Shown one piece after another: positions 46,430-56,230 of a DNA stretch of 64,000 nucleotides. The notes under the pieces were generated by a model. The model was not told where the DNA came from and searched no databases. It saw only the letters and a program-made list of their open reading frames with translations. A program made the translations under genes and the position numbers. Position 1 is the stretch's first letter. Each line of letters begins with the position of its first letter. This DNA is from Eubacteriales bacterium (lineage in GTDB: Bacteria > Bacillota > Clostridia > Oscillospirales > CAG-272). Where the stretch lies: NCBI GenBank assembly GCA_045635885.1, contig JAZTWO010000076.1:15054-79053 (forward strand). The letters are read 5' to 3'.

Positions 46430-46470
46430 AAAAAAGCCACCAAATAAGCTTTTTAGCTTATATGATGGCT
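46430..46470 (-). terminator. Terminator after tRNA-Thr
   Basis: A 16-bp imperfect hairpin AGCCACCAAATAAGCT/AGCTTATATGATGGCT (14 of 16 pairs), followed by TTTTTT on the minus strand. Confidence 0.7.
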
Positions 46471-46475
46471 AATTT

Positions 46476-46551
46476 TGGAGCTAGTGAAAAGACTCGAACT
46501 TTCGACCTGCTGATTACGAATCAGCTGCACTACCGACTGTGCTACACTAGC
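46476..46551 (-). tRNA. tRNA-Thr (anticodon CGT)
   Basis: The reverse complement folds as a 76-nt cloverleaf. Acceptor GCTAGTG/CACTAGC, D arm GCAC-AGTCGGTA-GTGC, anticodon arm GCTGA-TTCGTAA-TCAGC, T loop TTCGAGT, encoded CCA. Confidence 0.9.
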
Positions 46552-46565
46552 AATTCGACCTTCAC

Positions 46566-46594
46566 ATTTTATCACTTTATTGAAAATTTGTCAA
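46566..46594 (-). promoter_or_regulatory. Sigma-A promoter of tRNA-Thr
   Basis: On the minus strand: TTGACA, a 17-nt spacer, then TAAAAT, ending ~15 nt upstream of the tRNA 5' end. Confidence 0.7.
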
Positions 46595-46632
46595 GGGGAA
46601 AGACTAAAAAAATTACAGACAAGAGGAAAAAT

Positions 46633-47508
46633 ATGAATCTTTGTGACGTTAAAACAATTAAGCATATAATGAGTGTTTTTGATTTGAAATTCAGAAAGGA
46701 ATTCGGTCAAAACTTCTTAATTAATAGAGCTGTTGTAGAGGATATTGCAGACAACTGCGCAGACAGTGTTGAAACATCAATTTTGGAAATTGGCCCAGGC
46801 ATCGGCCCACTTACAACAGAGCTTGCATTGAGATATAAACAGGTTGTTGCCCTTGAAATTGACCATGGGCTTATACCTGTTCTTAAATACACACTTGGTG
46901 AATTCACAAACGTTATTGTTTATAATGAGGACGTTATGAAAGCCGACCTTGAAGAATTGCTTAAACCGTATTTTGAAAATGGAAGTGTGTCAGTTTGTGC
47001 AAACTTGCCCTACTATATCACTACTCCCATTCTTATGAAGCTTCTTGAATGTGGTTTGCCATTTGATTACATAACCATTATGATTCAATCAGAGGTTGCC
47101 GACCGTTTGTGCGCAAAGGCGGGTTCTTCTGATTATGGTGCTATCACTGCTGTTCTTGCTTATTACGGAGTTGCCGAAAAACTCTTTACAGTAAGTGCAG
47201 GTAACTTTATGCCTGCCCCAAAGGTTAATTCAACCGTTGTTAGAATTAAACTTCATAAAAATAAGCCCTATGTTCCAGCAGATGAAAAAATACTTTTCAG
47301 AACTGTAAAGGGCGCATTTGAGCAGAGAAGAAAAACCTTACCAAATGCTTTGTCTGCAAGTTTTTCGGAACTTGATAAGGACGAGATAACTCAGGCAATT
47401 GTTGATTGTGGTCACAAACCCGATATAAGAGGCGAAAAGCTTTCTATAGAGCAGTTTGTAGCACTTTCAGACAAATTGTATGAGATTATTAAGTCAAAAA
47501 ATAATTGA
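46633..47508 (+). CDS. rsmA: 16S rRNA (adenine1518/1519-N6)-dimethyltransferase
   Basis: Motifs GQNFL, EIGPGIGPLT and NLPYYITTPI. ATG 46633 follows AGAGGAAAAA. The 57 upstream codons in the ORF track run antisense through tRNA-Thr. Confidence 0.9.
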   Translation: MNLCDVKTIKHIMSVFDLKFRKEFGQNFLINRAVVEDIADNCADSVETSILEIGPGIGPLTTELALRYKQVVALEIDHGLIPVLKYTLGEFTNVIVYNEDVMKADLEELLKPYFENGSVSVCANLPYYITTPILMKLLECGLPFDYITIMIQSEVADRLCAKAGSSDYGAITAVLAYYGVAEKLFTVSAGNFMPAPKVNSTVVRIKLHKNKPYVPADEKILFRTVKGAFEQRRKTLPNALSASFSELDKDEITQAIVDCGHKPDIRGEKLSIEQFVALSDKLYEIIKSKNN

Positions 47509-47520
47509 TAGAGGAAAAAT

Positions 47521-48525
47521 ATGTTACAGTTTACTATTCCGCAGGATTATAAATCAATATTGACGTTAAGAGAAACCGAGGTTGCAATTAAAAAGGTTAA
47601 AGACTTTTTTGAAAGACAACTTGCGGTTGAATTGAATCTCACTCGTGTATCTGCCCCAATTTTTGTGCGTTCTGATAGCGGTCTTAATGATAACCTTAAC
47701 GGAAGTGAAAGACCTGTTAGTTTCGACGTTACTACAGGGGATCAGTTGGAAATAGTCCATTCACTTGCTAAATGGAAAAGGATGGCGCTTAAAACCTATA
47801 AATTTGAGCTTCATGAAGGTTTATACACCGATATGAATGCCATAAGACGTGATGAAGAGCTTGACAATATCCATTCAATGTTTGTTGACCAGTGGGACTG
47901 GGAACGCATTATTGATAAGAGCGAGAGAAATGAATATACTCTTAAAAAAACAGTGAAGTCAATTTACCGTGCGTTAAGACATACCGAAATTTATATTGCA
48001 AGCGAATATCCCTTTATTGGCAAAATTTTGCCTGAAGAGATAGAGTTTGTTACATCTCAAGAGCTTGAAGATATGTATCCCGATCTTTCTCCCAAAGATA
48101 GAGAATACGCAATTTGCAAAGAAAAGAAAGCAGTATTTTTAATGCAGATTGGTGGTAAGCTTAAGTCAGGAGAAAAACACGACGGAAGAGCGCCAGACTA
48201 TGACGATTGGAAATTAAATGGTGATATTTTGGTATATTATCCTACCTTGGATATTGCACTTGAGCTTTCTTCTATGGGAATAAGAGTTGACGAGCTTGCA
48301 ATGAGAGAGCAGCTTGCTGTTAGTGGATGCGAGGAAAGGGCATCATTGCCTTTCCACAAAGCATTGCTTAACGGTGAATTGCCCTATACAATTGGCGGTG
48401 GTATCGGTCAATCAAGAATGTGTATGTTCTTTTTAAGAAAGGCACATATCGGGGAAGTTCAGTCGTCTTTTTGGAGCGAAAAAGATCACAAATTCTGCGA
48501 AGAAAAGGGAATTAACATTTTGTAA
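47521..48525 (+). CDS. asnA: Aspartate--ammonia ligase (asparagine synthetase A)
   Basis: A 334-aa class-II aaRS-like AsnA pattern ([24 protein letters not shown]). Confidence 0.9.
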   Translation: MLQFTIPQDYKSILTLRETEVAIKKVKDFFERQLAVELNLTRVSAPIFVRSDSGLNDNLNGSERPVSFDVTTGDQLEIVHSLAKWKRMALKTYKFELHEGLYTDMNAIRRDEELDNIHSMFVDQWDWERIIDKSERNEYTLKKTVKSIYRALRHTEIYIASEYPFIGKILPEEIEFVTSQELEDMYPDLSPKDREYAICKEKKAVFLMQIGGKLKSGEKHDGRAPDYDDWKLNGDILVYYPTLDIALELSSMGIRVDELAMREQLAVSGCEERASLPFHKALLNGELPYTIGGGIGQSRMCMFFLRKAHIGEVQSSFWSEKDHKFCEEKGINIL

Positions 48526-48532
48526 TTTTATT

Positions 48533-48567
48533 AAGGCATTTAAGTTGTTAAATGCCTTATTTTTTAT
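48533..48567 (+). terminator. Terminator after asnA
   Basis: AAGGCATTTAA-gttg-TTAAATGCCTT followed by ATTTTTT. Confidence 0.8.
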
Positions 48568-48588
48568 TGATAAAAATGCCAAAAACCC

Positions 48589-48616
48589 TTGACAAAATCA
48601 AAGTATGTGGTATAAT
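48589..48616 (+). promoter_or_regulatory. Sigma-A promoter of the marR-ABC operon
   Basis: TTGACA, a 16-nt spacer, then TATAAT, located ~37 nt before the marR ATG. Confidence 0.7.
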
Positions 48617-48635
48617 AGTTAACGTGTTAATTATT
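48614..48635 (+). promoter_or_regulatory. Probable MarR operator (22-bp inverted repeat)
   Basis: AATAGTTAAC-gt-GTTAATTATT, with arms matching at 9 of 10 positions. It overlaps the -10 box and the transcription start region. Confidence 0.55.
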
Positions 48636-48652
48636 TTGTTAAGGAGAGCAAA

Positions 48653-49096
48653 ATGGAACAAGAAAATTTTGAAATATATAAGACAGTTATGCGCAAAATG
48701 ATACGCATTTCACGTCTGCACAGAATGGTGTTTGAGAGGAATATTTCCAATATGGGAATCCACCACTCTCAACATCATCTTTTAATGTATATAGCTAAAG
48801 AGGGCGAGATATTATCTCAAAAGCAAATTGCAGAGCGATTTGGCATAACACCTGCAGCGGTGGCACGTTCATTGAAATCACTTGAAAGCGAAGGGTTTAT
48901 TTCAAGAACCAATCTTGAAGGTGACGGCAGATTTAATAGAATTGCTATAACTGATAAGGGCAGAGAGATAGTTGAAAATTCCTATAAAATGTTTCAAGAA
49001 ATTGATAGTAGTGTTTTTGAGAATTTTACTGAATCAGAAATTGAAGAATTTAATGCTCTTTTAGATAAAATACAAGCAAATTTGATTAAAAAATGA
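48653..49096 (+). CDS. MarR-family transcriptional regulator
   Basis: A 147-aa winged HTH (SQKQIAERFGITPAAVARSLKSLESEGFISR). AAGGAG SD. Its stop overlaps the start region of the downstream ABC gene. Confidence 0.85.
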   Translation: MEQENFEIYKTVMRKMIRISRLHRMVFERNISNMGIHHSQHHLLMYIAKEGEILSQKQIAERFGITPAAVARSLKSLESEGFISRTNLEGDGRFNRIAITDKGREIVENSYKMFQEIDSSVFENFTESEIEEFNALLDKIQANLIKK

Positions 49097-49122
49097 TGCA
49101 AGCAGTTGTGAGAGGAGAAAAG

Positions 49123-50925
49123 ATGAAAAAGACTAAATCAACCATTAACTGGTGGAAATATATAAAGCCGTATTTCCCCTATTTTGTATTGGGACCACTT
49201 TGTATGATAGTCGAGGTAATTGGTGAAATATTAATGCCAAGACTTTTGGCTTACATTATCAACCTTGGAATTGACGGTAAAACCGAAAATATGCCTGGTA
49301 TTATTCTTTGGCTTTATGAAAAAATAGGAAATAACGCATTCTTTATTGTTGCGGTTGCAGTTGGTATGATTTTAACTGCAATTCTTATGATGATTGGTGG
49401 TGTTGGTGGTGCTTATTTTGGCGGTAAAGCATCAGTTAACTTTGCCGCAGACCTTCGTGCCGACATCTATAAAAAAATCCAGAGTTATTCCTTCTCAAAT
49501 ATTGATAAATTTAGCTCCGCATCGCTTATTACAAGACTTACAAACGACGTAACACAGTTGCAAAACTTTGTAAATATGATGCTTAGAATGTTCTTCCGCT
49601 CACCCGGTATGCTTATCGGTGCGCTAATAATGGCGATTAACCTCAATCCATCATTGTCTGTAATTTTGGCGGTTTCAGTTCCGATTTTGCTTATTTCAAT
49701 TGCTTGCATTATCGTTAGGGGATTCCCACTTTTTGGAAAAATGCAAACAAAAATTGACGGACTTAACTCCACAGTTCAAGAAAACCTTACAAACGTTCGT
49801 GTTGTAAAATCCTTTGTAAGAGAAGACTTTGAAGAAGAAAAATTCAGAGCCGCCAACGCAGACCTTAAAAACACTGCGGGCAAAGCTATGAAAAATATGA
49901 TATTGATGTCTCCGGTTATGACATTGATTATGAACGTAACATCAATTGCAGTTTATTGGTTTGGTGGTCAGCAGCTTCTTGGAGGAAATATGAATACAGG
50001 TGACTTTGCTTCATTTGTAACATATATTACTCAGATTTTGTCATCACTTATGATGGTAACATTCCTCTTTGTGATGTTGTCAAGATCAGTTGCTTCGGCC
50101 AAGAGAATTGCAGAGGTTATGAATGAGGAAATTGATATTGTTGACTCCTCTGAAGGTTCAGAACATCTTGTAACAAACGGCGATATTGAATTTAGAAACG
50201 TATCATTCCGCTATTATAAAGATAGTTCTGAAAAGGTGCTTGACAATATTAATATCAAAATTAATGCAGGCGATACAGTTGGTATTATTGGTTCAACAGG
50301 TAGTGGTAAAACCACGTTGGTTTCAATGATTTCAAGACTTTATGACGTTGATGAGGGTGAAGTGCTTGTTGACGGAATAAACGTTAAGGATTATTCACTA
50401 TATAACCTTCGTGAAGGTGTTGGTATGGTACTTCAAAAGAACATTTTGTTCTCAGGAAGCATTATTGACAATCTTCGTTGGGGCAATAGTGAAGCAACCA
50501 TGGAAGAGATTAGAGAAGCGGCAGATTATGCTCAGGCAGATGGATTTATTACAAGCTTTATTGATGGCTATAATATGGACCTTGGTCAAGGTGGCACTAA
50601 CGTTTCAGGCGGTCAAAAGCAAAGACTTTGTATTGCCCGTGCGCTTCTTAAAAAGCCCAAAATTCTTATTCTTGATGACTCTACAAGTGCAGTTGACATG
50701 GCAACTGAAGCAAGAATTAGAGAGGCATTTAAAAACAGTCTTAACGACTCAACAAAAATTATTATTGCACAAAGAATCAATTCCGTTAAGGATGCAGACG
50801 AGATAATTGTTCTTGATGAGGGTAAAATTACAGGTGTTGGTACTCACGAATACCTTTTGGAAAATAACCTAACATATCAGGAAATATATTATTCACAAAT
50901 GGACAAGAAGGAGGATAACAAATAA
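49123..50925 (+). CDS. ABC exporter, fused permease/ATPase (heterodimer half A)
   Basis: A 6-TM domain plus an NBD: GSTGSGKTT, VSGGQKQRL, ILILDDSTS. ATG 49123 follows AGAGGAG. Confidence 0.85.
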   Translation: MKKTKSTINWWKYIKPYFPYFVLGPLCMIVEVIGEILMPRLLAYIINLGIDGKTENMPGIILWLYEKIGNNAFFIVAVAVGMILTAILMMIGGVGGAYFGGKASVNFAADLRADIYKKIQSYSFSNIDKFSSASLITRLTNDVTQLQNFVNMMLRMFFRSPGMLIGALIMAINLNPSLSVILAVSVPILLISIACIIVRGFPLFGKMQTKIDGLNSTVQENLTNVRVVKSFVREDFEEEKFRAANADLKNTAGKAMKNMILMSPVMTLIMNVTSIAVYWFGGQQLLGGNMNTGDFASFVTYITQILSSLMMVTFLFVMLSRSVASAKRIAEVMNEEIDIVDSSEGSEHLVTNGDIEFRNVSFRYYKDSSEKVLDNINIKINAGDTVGIIGSTGSGKTTLVSMISRLYDVDEGEVLVDGINVKDYSLYNLREGVGMVLQKNILFSGSIIDNLRWGNSEATMEEIREAADYAQADGFITSFIDGYNMDLGQGGTNVSGGQKQRLCIARALLKKPKILILDDSTSAVDMATEARIREAFKNSLNDSTKIIIAQRINSVKDADEIIVLDEGKITGVGTHEYLLENNLTYQEIYYSQMDKKEDNK

Positions 50926-52838
50926 TGGCTGCAAGAACATTAGAAGAACTTCAAAAGCAATATGGCAGCAAATCCTTCGATCCTAAAAAAGGAAAGATGA
51001 TGGGCAGACCTGGTGGTCCGGGTCCTCGTCGTGGACCTGGCGGCCCGGGTATGAGAGCAAAGGGAAAACCGAAAAATACAAAGGCGACAGTTAAAAGATT
51101 GCTTTCATACATTTCAAAATATAAATTCCGTTTGATTTTGGTGCTTGTATGTATGCTTTTCAATACACTTGCATCATTGACAGGTGCATATATTCTCAGA
51201 CCTGTAATTAATGCATTGGTTGGAAGCAATGAATTAAAGTTTATGGGAATTGTGTTTGATAATCCCCTTGAATATTTAGCGTTGATTTTGTCAGTAATAG
51301 CATGTGTTTATGTTTGCGGAATTTGTGCAAACTATATGCAGGCAAGACTTATGCTTTCGGTTTCTATGAATGCTACTGAAAACATTAGAAATGACCTTTT
51401 CAAAAAGGTGCAAAAGCTTCCAATTAAGGCGTTTGACGGCGATAGTAACGGTACCATTATGAGTAGCTTTACTAACGATATTGATAATATTGATATGATG
51501 CTTCACAACACCGTTGTTAATTTGATTTCGGGCTCTATCACTTTAATAGGAACACTTTGTATGATGATTTATACAAATATTTGGCTTACACTCATCACCA
51601 TTGTGTTTATACCGATTTTCGCTCTTTTGGCGGGTGGAATTGCAAAGCGTTCATCCAAATATTACGTTGGTCAGCAGGCAGCTTTGGGTGCTATTAACGG
51701 TTATATTGAAGAATCTGTTTCGGGTCAAAAAATCATTAAAGTATTTAATCATGAAAAAATATGTGAAGAAGAGTTTGAAACCCTCAATAACGATATGCGT
51801 GATAAGCAGTTTAAAGCGCAGTTTTTTGGTGGAATTATGGGTCCCATTCTCGGCAACACAAGTCAGATAAGCTATGCGCTTACCGCAGGTATTGGTGGTG
51901 TTCTTTGCGTTACTCGAGGATTTGACGTTGGTGGACTTTCAGTTTTTGTAAACTATTCAAGACAGTTCTCAATGCCAATTAATATGATTTCTCAGCAGAT
52001 GAGTACAATTTTCTCAGCCCTTGCGGGTGCAGAACGAGTATTTGCTCTTATGGACAGAGAACCCGAACTTGAAAGCATTGGTGAAGTACATTCTGCCGAT
52101 AATATTAAGGGTGACGTAGTTCTTGAAAACGTAAGCTTTGGTTATACACCAGAAAAAACGGTTCTTAAAAACATCTCGCTCTATGCTCATCCAGGTCAAA
52201 AAATTGCATTTGTTGGTTCAACAGGTGCAGGTAAAACTACGGTTACAAATCTTCTTAACCGTTTCTATGATATTGAATCGGGCAGGATTACCATTGACGG
52301 AGTTGATATAAAAGAATATAACCTTTCTGATTTGAGAAAGAATATTGCAATGGTTCTTCAAGATACCCATTTGTTCACAGGAACAATTATGGAAAACATT
52401 AGATATGGACGTCTTGATGCAACTGATGAAGAAGTAATCGAAGCGGCAAAAACTGCAAGTGCGCACAGTTTTATCATGCGTCTTTCTGATGGCTATAACA
52501 CAGTAATTGAGGGTGACGGTGCAAACTTGTCACAGGGTCAAAGACAGTTGCTTAACATCGCAAGAGCTGCACTTTCCAAAGCGCCCATTCTTGTTCTTGA
52601 TGAAGCAACAAGCTCAGTTGACACAAGAACTGAACGCCATATTGAACACGGTATGGACCGTCTTATGAAGAATAGAACTACGTTTGTTATAGCTCACAGA
52701 CTTTCGACTGTAAGAAACTCTAATGCAATCATGGTTCTTGAGCACGGTGAAATTGTTGAACGAGGCACACATGAAGAGCTTCTTGAAATGCAGGGAAGAT
52801 ATTACGAGCTTTACACAGGTAAAAAAGAACTTGACTAA
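50925..52838 (+). CDS. ABC exporter, fused permease/ATPase (heterodimer half B) with Gly/Pro/Arg-rich N-terminal extension
   Basis: NBD motifs GSTGAGKTT, LSQGQRQLL and ILVLDEATS. N-terminal GRPGGPGPRRGPGGPGMRAKGKPK. The start overlaps the upstream stop (TAATG). Confidence 0.85.
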   Translation: MAARTLEELQKQYGSKSFDPKKGKMMGRPGGPGPRRGPGGPGMRAKGKPKNTKATVKRLLSYISKYKFRLILVLVCMLFNTLASLTGAYILRPVINALVGSNELKFMGIVFDNPLEYLALILSVIACVYVCGICANYMQARLMLSVSMNATENIRNDLFKKVQKLPIKAFDGDSNGTIMSSFTNDIDNIDMMLHNTVVNLISGSITLIGTLCMMIYTNIWLTLITIVFIPIFALLAGGIAKRSSKYYVGQQAALGAINGYIEESVSGQKIIKVFNHEKICEEEFETLNNDMRDKQFKAQFFGGIMGPILGNTSQISYALTAGIGGVLCVTRGFDVGGLSVFVNYSRQFSMPINMISQQMSTIFSALAGAERVFALMDREPELESIGEVHSADNIKGDVVLENVSFGYTPEKTVLKNISLYAHPGQKIAFVGSTGAGKTTVTNLLNRFYDIESGRITIDGVDIKEYNLSDLRKNIAMVLQDTHLFTGTIMENIRYGRLDATDEEVIEAAKTASAHSFIMRLSDGYNTVIEGDGANLSQGQRQLLNIARAALSKAPILVLDEATSSVDTRTERHIEHGMDRLMKNRTTFVIAHRLSTVRNSNAIMVLEHGEIVERGTHEELLEMQGRYYELYTGKKELD

Positions 52839-52901
52839 ATTGATTTGGTTATGTTATAATATATTTGTATTTATGCAAATGTTTGTTAGGAGGTAAACCC
52901 T

Positions 52902-53945
52902 ATGAAGATGACATTTAGACATTACGGTGATAACGATCCCGTAACACTCGAGCAAATTTCTCAAATTCCGGGAATGTACTCCATTGTGTCTGCGGTATAT
53001 GATGTTCCTGCGGGCGGAGTTTGGAGTGAAGAGAGCATTAATGCAATCAAGACAAAGGCAGAATCTCACGGGCTTAAATTTGAGGTTGTTGAAAGTGTAC
53101 CTGTTCCCGAAGATATTAAACTTGGAAACGAGAATGCACCTCAACTTATTGAAAACTATTGTGAAAATCTTAGAAGACTTTCAAAAGCTGGTGTTAAATG
53201 CGTTTGCTATAACTTCATGCCTGTTTTTGACTGGCTTAGAAGTGAGCTTGAACGTCAAGCCCCTGACGGTTCTAATAGCTTAGCTTATGATGAGCAAACA
53301 GTTCTTTCTATGAATCCTCTTGATGGTGGACTTTCATTGCCCGGTTGGGACGAAAGCTATACACTTGATGGTCTTCGTGATCTTTTAAAGCAATATGAAG
53401 CTATTGATGAAGAACAACTTTGGAAAAATCTTGAAGCATTTTTAACAAAGGTAATTCCCGTGGCTCATGAGGTAGGCATTAATATGGCAATTCATCCTGA
53501 TGACCCGCCGTGGGGAATTTTCGGTCTTCCAAGAATTATTACTTGTGAAGAAAACCTTGAAAGATTTTTAAATATTGTTGACCTTCCCGAAAATGGTCTT
53601 ACATTTTGCACAGGATCACTTGGTGCTTCAACTGAAAATGACCTTGTAAGAATGAGCGAAAAGTTTGCAAAAAGAATTCACTTTGCTCATATTCGAAATA
53701 TTAAGCACACAGGTCCCCGTCAATTCCACGAGGTTGCACATCCAACCGATTGCGGCTCACTTGATATTTATGCTATTATGAAAGCGCTTCATGATGGTGG
53801 ATTTGATGGATATATGCGTCCCGACCACGGAAGAATGATTTGGGGTGAAAAGGGTAGATACGGTTATGGCCTTTATGACCGTGCTCTTGGCGCAACTTAT
53901 TTGTTGGGTCTTTGGGAAGCAATAGAAAAGGATGCAAAAAACTAA
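52902..53945 (+). CDS. uxuA: Mannonate dehydratase
   Basis: Characteristic N-terminus MKMTFRHYG.NDPVTLEQI.QIPG; 347 aa; AGGAGG SD. Confidence 0.9.
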   Translation: MKMTFRHYGDNDPVTLEQISQIPGMYSIVSAVYDVPAGGVWSEESINAIKTKAESHGLKFEVVESVPVPEDIKLGNENAPQLIENYCENLRRLSKAGVKCVCYNFMPVFDWLRSELERQAPDGSNSLAYDEQTVLSMNPLDGGLSLPGWDESYTLDGLRDLLKQYEAIDEEQLWKNLEAFLTKVIPVAHEVGINMAIHPDDPPWGIFGLPRIITCEENLERFLNIVDLPENGLTFCTGSLGASTENDLVRMSEKFAKRIHFAHIRNIKHTGPRQFHEVAHPTDCGSLDIYAIMKALHDGGFDGYMRPDHGRMIWGEKGRYGYGLYDRALGATYLLGLWEAIEKDAKN

Positions 53946-53963
53946 TTTTTGGGGAGAAAAATA

Positions 53964-54788
53964 ATGAATAAAGTTTGTGTTATAACAGGCGCAGGTGGAG
54001 TTCTTTGTTCATCTTTCGCCGAAGAAATGGCTAAACAAGGATACAAAGTGGCTCTTCTTGACCTTAATGAAGTTTCCGCAGGTGAGGTTGCAGAAAGAAT
54101 TAATGCCAATGGAGGCATTGCTAAAGCATATAAGGTAAACTGCCTTGAAAAAGAGAGCATTGAAGAGGCGCATAAGGCAATTCTTGCAGACCTTGGCAAA
54201 TGTACAATCCTTATTAATGGCGCAGGTGGAAACAGCCCAAGAGCGACCACTGATAAAGAATACTATGAAGAGGGCGACGAAGATAGAGAAGACATTAAAA
54301 CTTTCTTTAATCTTGACAAATCAGGTTTCGATTTTGTATTCAATCTCAACATTATGGGAACACTTCTTCCCACACAGGTTTTTGCAAAGGATATGATGGG
54401 TCAGCAGGGATGCTCAATCCTCAACATTTCATCAATGAATGCTTACCGTCCCCTTACAAAGATACCTGCGTATAGTGCAGCAAAATCAGGCATTTCTAAT
54501 TTCACACAGTGGCTTGCGGTTCATTTTGCAAGCGCAGGAATTAGAGTAAATGCTATTGCTCCGGGTTTCTTTGTAACAAACCAAAACAGAGCATTGCTTT
54601 TTAATGACGACGGTACACCAACTGCAAGAACAAATAAGATTCTTAACGCAACTCCTATGAAACGTTTTGGTGAGTCTGAGGAACTTCTTGGAACACTTCG
54701 TTTCCTTACAAATCCCAAAGAATCTGGTTTTGTAACAGGAATTGTAATCCCCGTTGACGGTGGATTTTCCGCTTATTCCGGAGTTTAA
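53964..54788 (+). CDS. SDR-family oxidoreductase (short-chain D-mannonate oxidoreductase type)
   Basis: Motifs TGAGGVLC and YSAAKSG (Y...K). Sits directly after uxuA. ATG 53964 follows GGGGAG. Confidence 0.75.
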   Translation: MNKVCVITGAGGVLCSSFAEEMAKQGYKVALLDLNEVSAGEVAERINANGGIAKAYKVNCLEKESIEEAHKAILADLGKCTILINGAGGNSPRATTDKEYYEEGDEDREDIKTFFNLDKSGFDFVFNLNIMGTLLPTQVFAKDMMGQQGCSILNISSMNAYRPLTKIPAYSAAKSGISNFTQWLAVHFASAGIRVNAIAPGFFVTNQNRALLFNDDGTPTARTNKILNATPMKRFGESEELLGTLRFLTNPKESGFVTGIVIPVDGGFSAYSGV

Positions 54789-54793
54789 ACAAA

Positions 54794-54830
54794 TAAAAAA
54801 ATTCGAGGCGATTTCGCCTCGAATTTTTAT
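54794..54830. terminator. Bidirectional terminator after the uxuA-SDR pair
   Basis: ATTCGAGGCGA-tt-TCGCCTCGAAT flanked by an A-run and a T-run. Confidence 0.8.
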
Positions 54831-54831
54831 T

Positions 54832-55332
54832 TTATTTTGCAATTTGATTTTCTATTGCCTTGTAGAATGCCTCAGTATCAGCTTCGTTCAAGAAAGAATA
54901 AACAATATAGTTTCCATAAACTTTTACTGTTGCACAATCAATTTTTTCCACTTCTTCAGGGAAATAATCCATTGTGCGATATGCATTTTGAGTATCTGCA
55001 ACATATTTTTCAATAGTTGACTTAAGCTCCTTTGCTTTGCCGTTTTCAACCTTGAAAATTCCAACCTCATTGATGTTCTTGGCATTTTGCGCACGAACAA
55101 CCGTATAGTTCAAAAGATAGGCGGGTTTCTCGTCCATAAATTCAAGAATAATATCATCATCAAGAACAATCATTCCACCGGACGTTTCAAAACTGTTTGC
55201 AACTTTGTTATACAATTCAAGTGAAGTGAACGAATCGTCATATTTTTTGCTTCCCATTACCAATGCGGTAATAACTGCAGCCACAACCAAAGCAATAGCA
55301 CAGATAATAATAATTAAAGTTCTCTTATTCAT
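54832..55332 (-). CDS. Membrane-anchored hypothetical protein (possibly DUF4358-like)
   Basis: N-terminal anchor LIIIICAIALVVAAVITALV; AGGAG SD; no catalytic motif seen. Confidence 0.55.
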   Translation of the reverse strand: MNKRTLIIIICAIALVVAAVITALVMGSKKYDDSFTSLELYNKVANSFETSGGMIVLDDDIILEFMDEKPAYLLNYTVVRAQNAKNINEVGIFKVENGKAKELKSTIEKYVADTQNAYRTMDYFPEEVEKIDCATVKVYGNYIVYSFLNEADTEAFYKAIENQIAK

Positions 55333-55339
55333 AATTCTC

Positions 55340-56089
55340 CTATTCTACGGCATGAGTTCTTATATAATAAAGAATTGCCTTATATGCATCTTCATTAAGG
55401 TGAACTCCGTCACCGTTTCCGTATTCTTCAATTTGAGCGCCATGCTCATTTTTTAATATAGATTGGGTATCAAGATATCTAAGACCATATTCTTTAGCAA
55501 TTTCCTTTGCCCATTCGTTGTTTCGGTCGATAGCTTCGTTGGTAATTACAGTTCCGTTGTTGCTGAACGATTCAGTAACGGGGAATGTTGACTGAATTAT
55601 TATTGTGGTAGAAGGTGATGCTTTTTTAATAGCATCAATCAACTTTCCGTAATATGTTTTATACTGTTTTTCTGTAAAACGAGATGCATTGTTAACACCG
55701 AGGGTTATAATAAGAATTTCTGCATTAGCATCCTTTACTGCCTGAGGAATAGTTAATTCCTTATCACCAACAAGTATTTGCAAGATGTCAGAGCCCAACG
55801 TTAATGTTGCAGAGGACGGAACTAAGATATGAGAACGGTCAATTCCACCCTTAAAGAAGTGTGATGTTGTGGATTCACCCACAAAATAAAGCTTGTCAAG
55901 ATATTCTTGACCTGCATCAGCTGTTAAAGGTAATACAACGTCAACTTCAACGGGGACGTCAACAGGCACCTCGGGTACAGGAGCTTTTTCGTCTTTATCT
56001 TTAGGCGAAAATACTGCAATTGTTAATATAATTAAGCACACAAGCAATATAGCAAGTATGATTATTCCAATTAAATTTTGTTTGTTCAT
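55340..56089 (-). CDS. Membrane-anchored SGNH/GDSL-family hydrolase
   Basis: N-terminal TM segment. Block I FVGESTTS, LGVNN, and the C-terminal GDGVHLN (D..H). ATG 56089 follows AAAGGA. Confidence 0.7.
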   Translation of the reverse strand: MNKQNLIGIIILAILLVCLIILTIAVFSPKDKDEKAPVPEVPVDVPVEVDVVLPLTADAGQEYLDKLYFVGESTTSHFFKGGIDRSHILVPSSATLTLGSDILQILVGDKELTIPQAVKDANAEILIITLGVNNASRFTEKQYKTYYGKLIDAIKKASPSTTIIIQSTFPVTESFSNNGTVITNEAIDRNNEWAKEIAKEYGLRYLDTQSILKNEHGAQIEEYGNGDGVHLNEDAYKAILYYIRTHAVE

Positions 56090-56230
56090 AAAAAATCCTT
56101 TGGGCATTTATTCAGTCATATTATTTTATCACAAAATGCTTGATTTTTCAATACTAAAATATAATTTTTTTAAATATATTTTTCACAAAAAAACATAAAA
56201 TTATTATACTTTTATCTATTGAGGTGCAAT

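Noticed and set aside
46462-46632. The N-terminal 57 codons of the ORF-track rsmA call.
   Set aside because: This stretch is the reverse complement of a canonical tRNA-Thr gene plus its promoter. A good SD and ATG at 46633 give a normal-length RsmA.
52839-52901. A possible operator or cre site upstream of uxuA (ATTTGTATTTATGCAAAT, TGCAAATGTTTGTT).
   Set aside because: The inverted repeat is imperfect and AT-rich, and it lacks the central CG of cre sites. No cognate regulator gene is nearby, so it is too weak to call.
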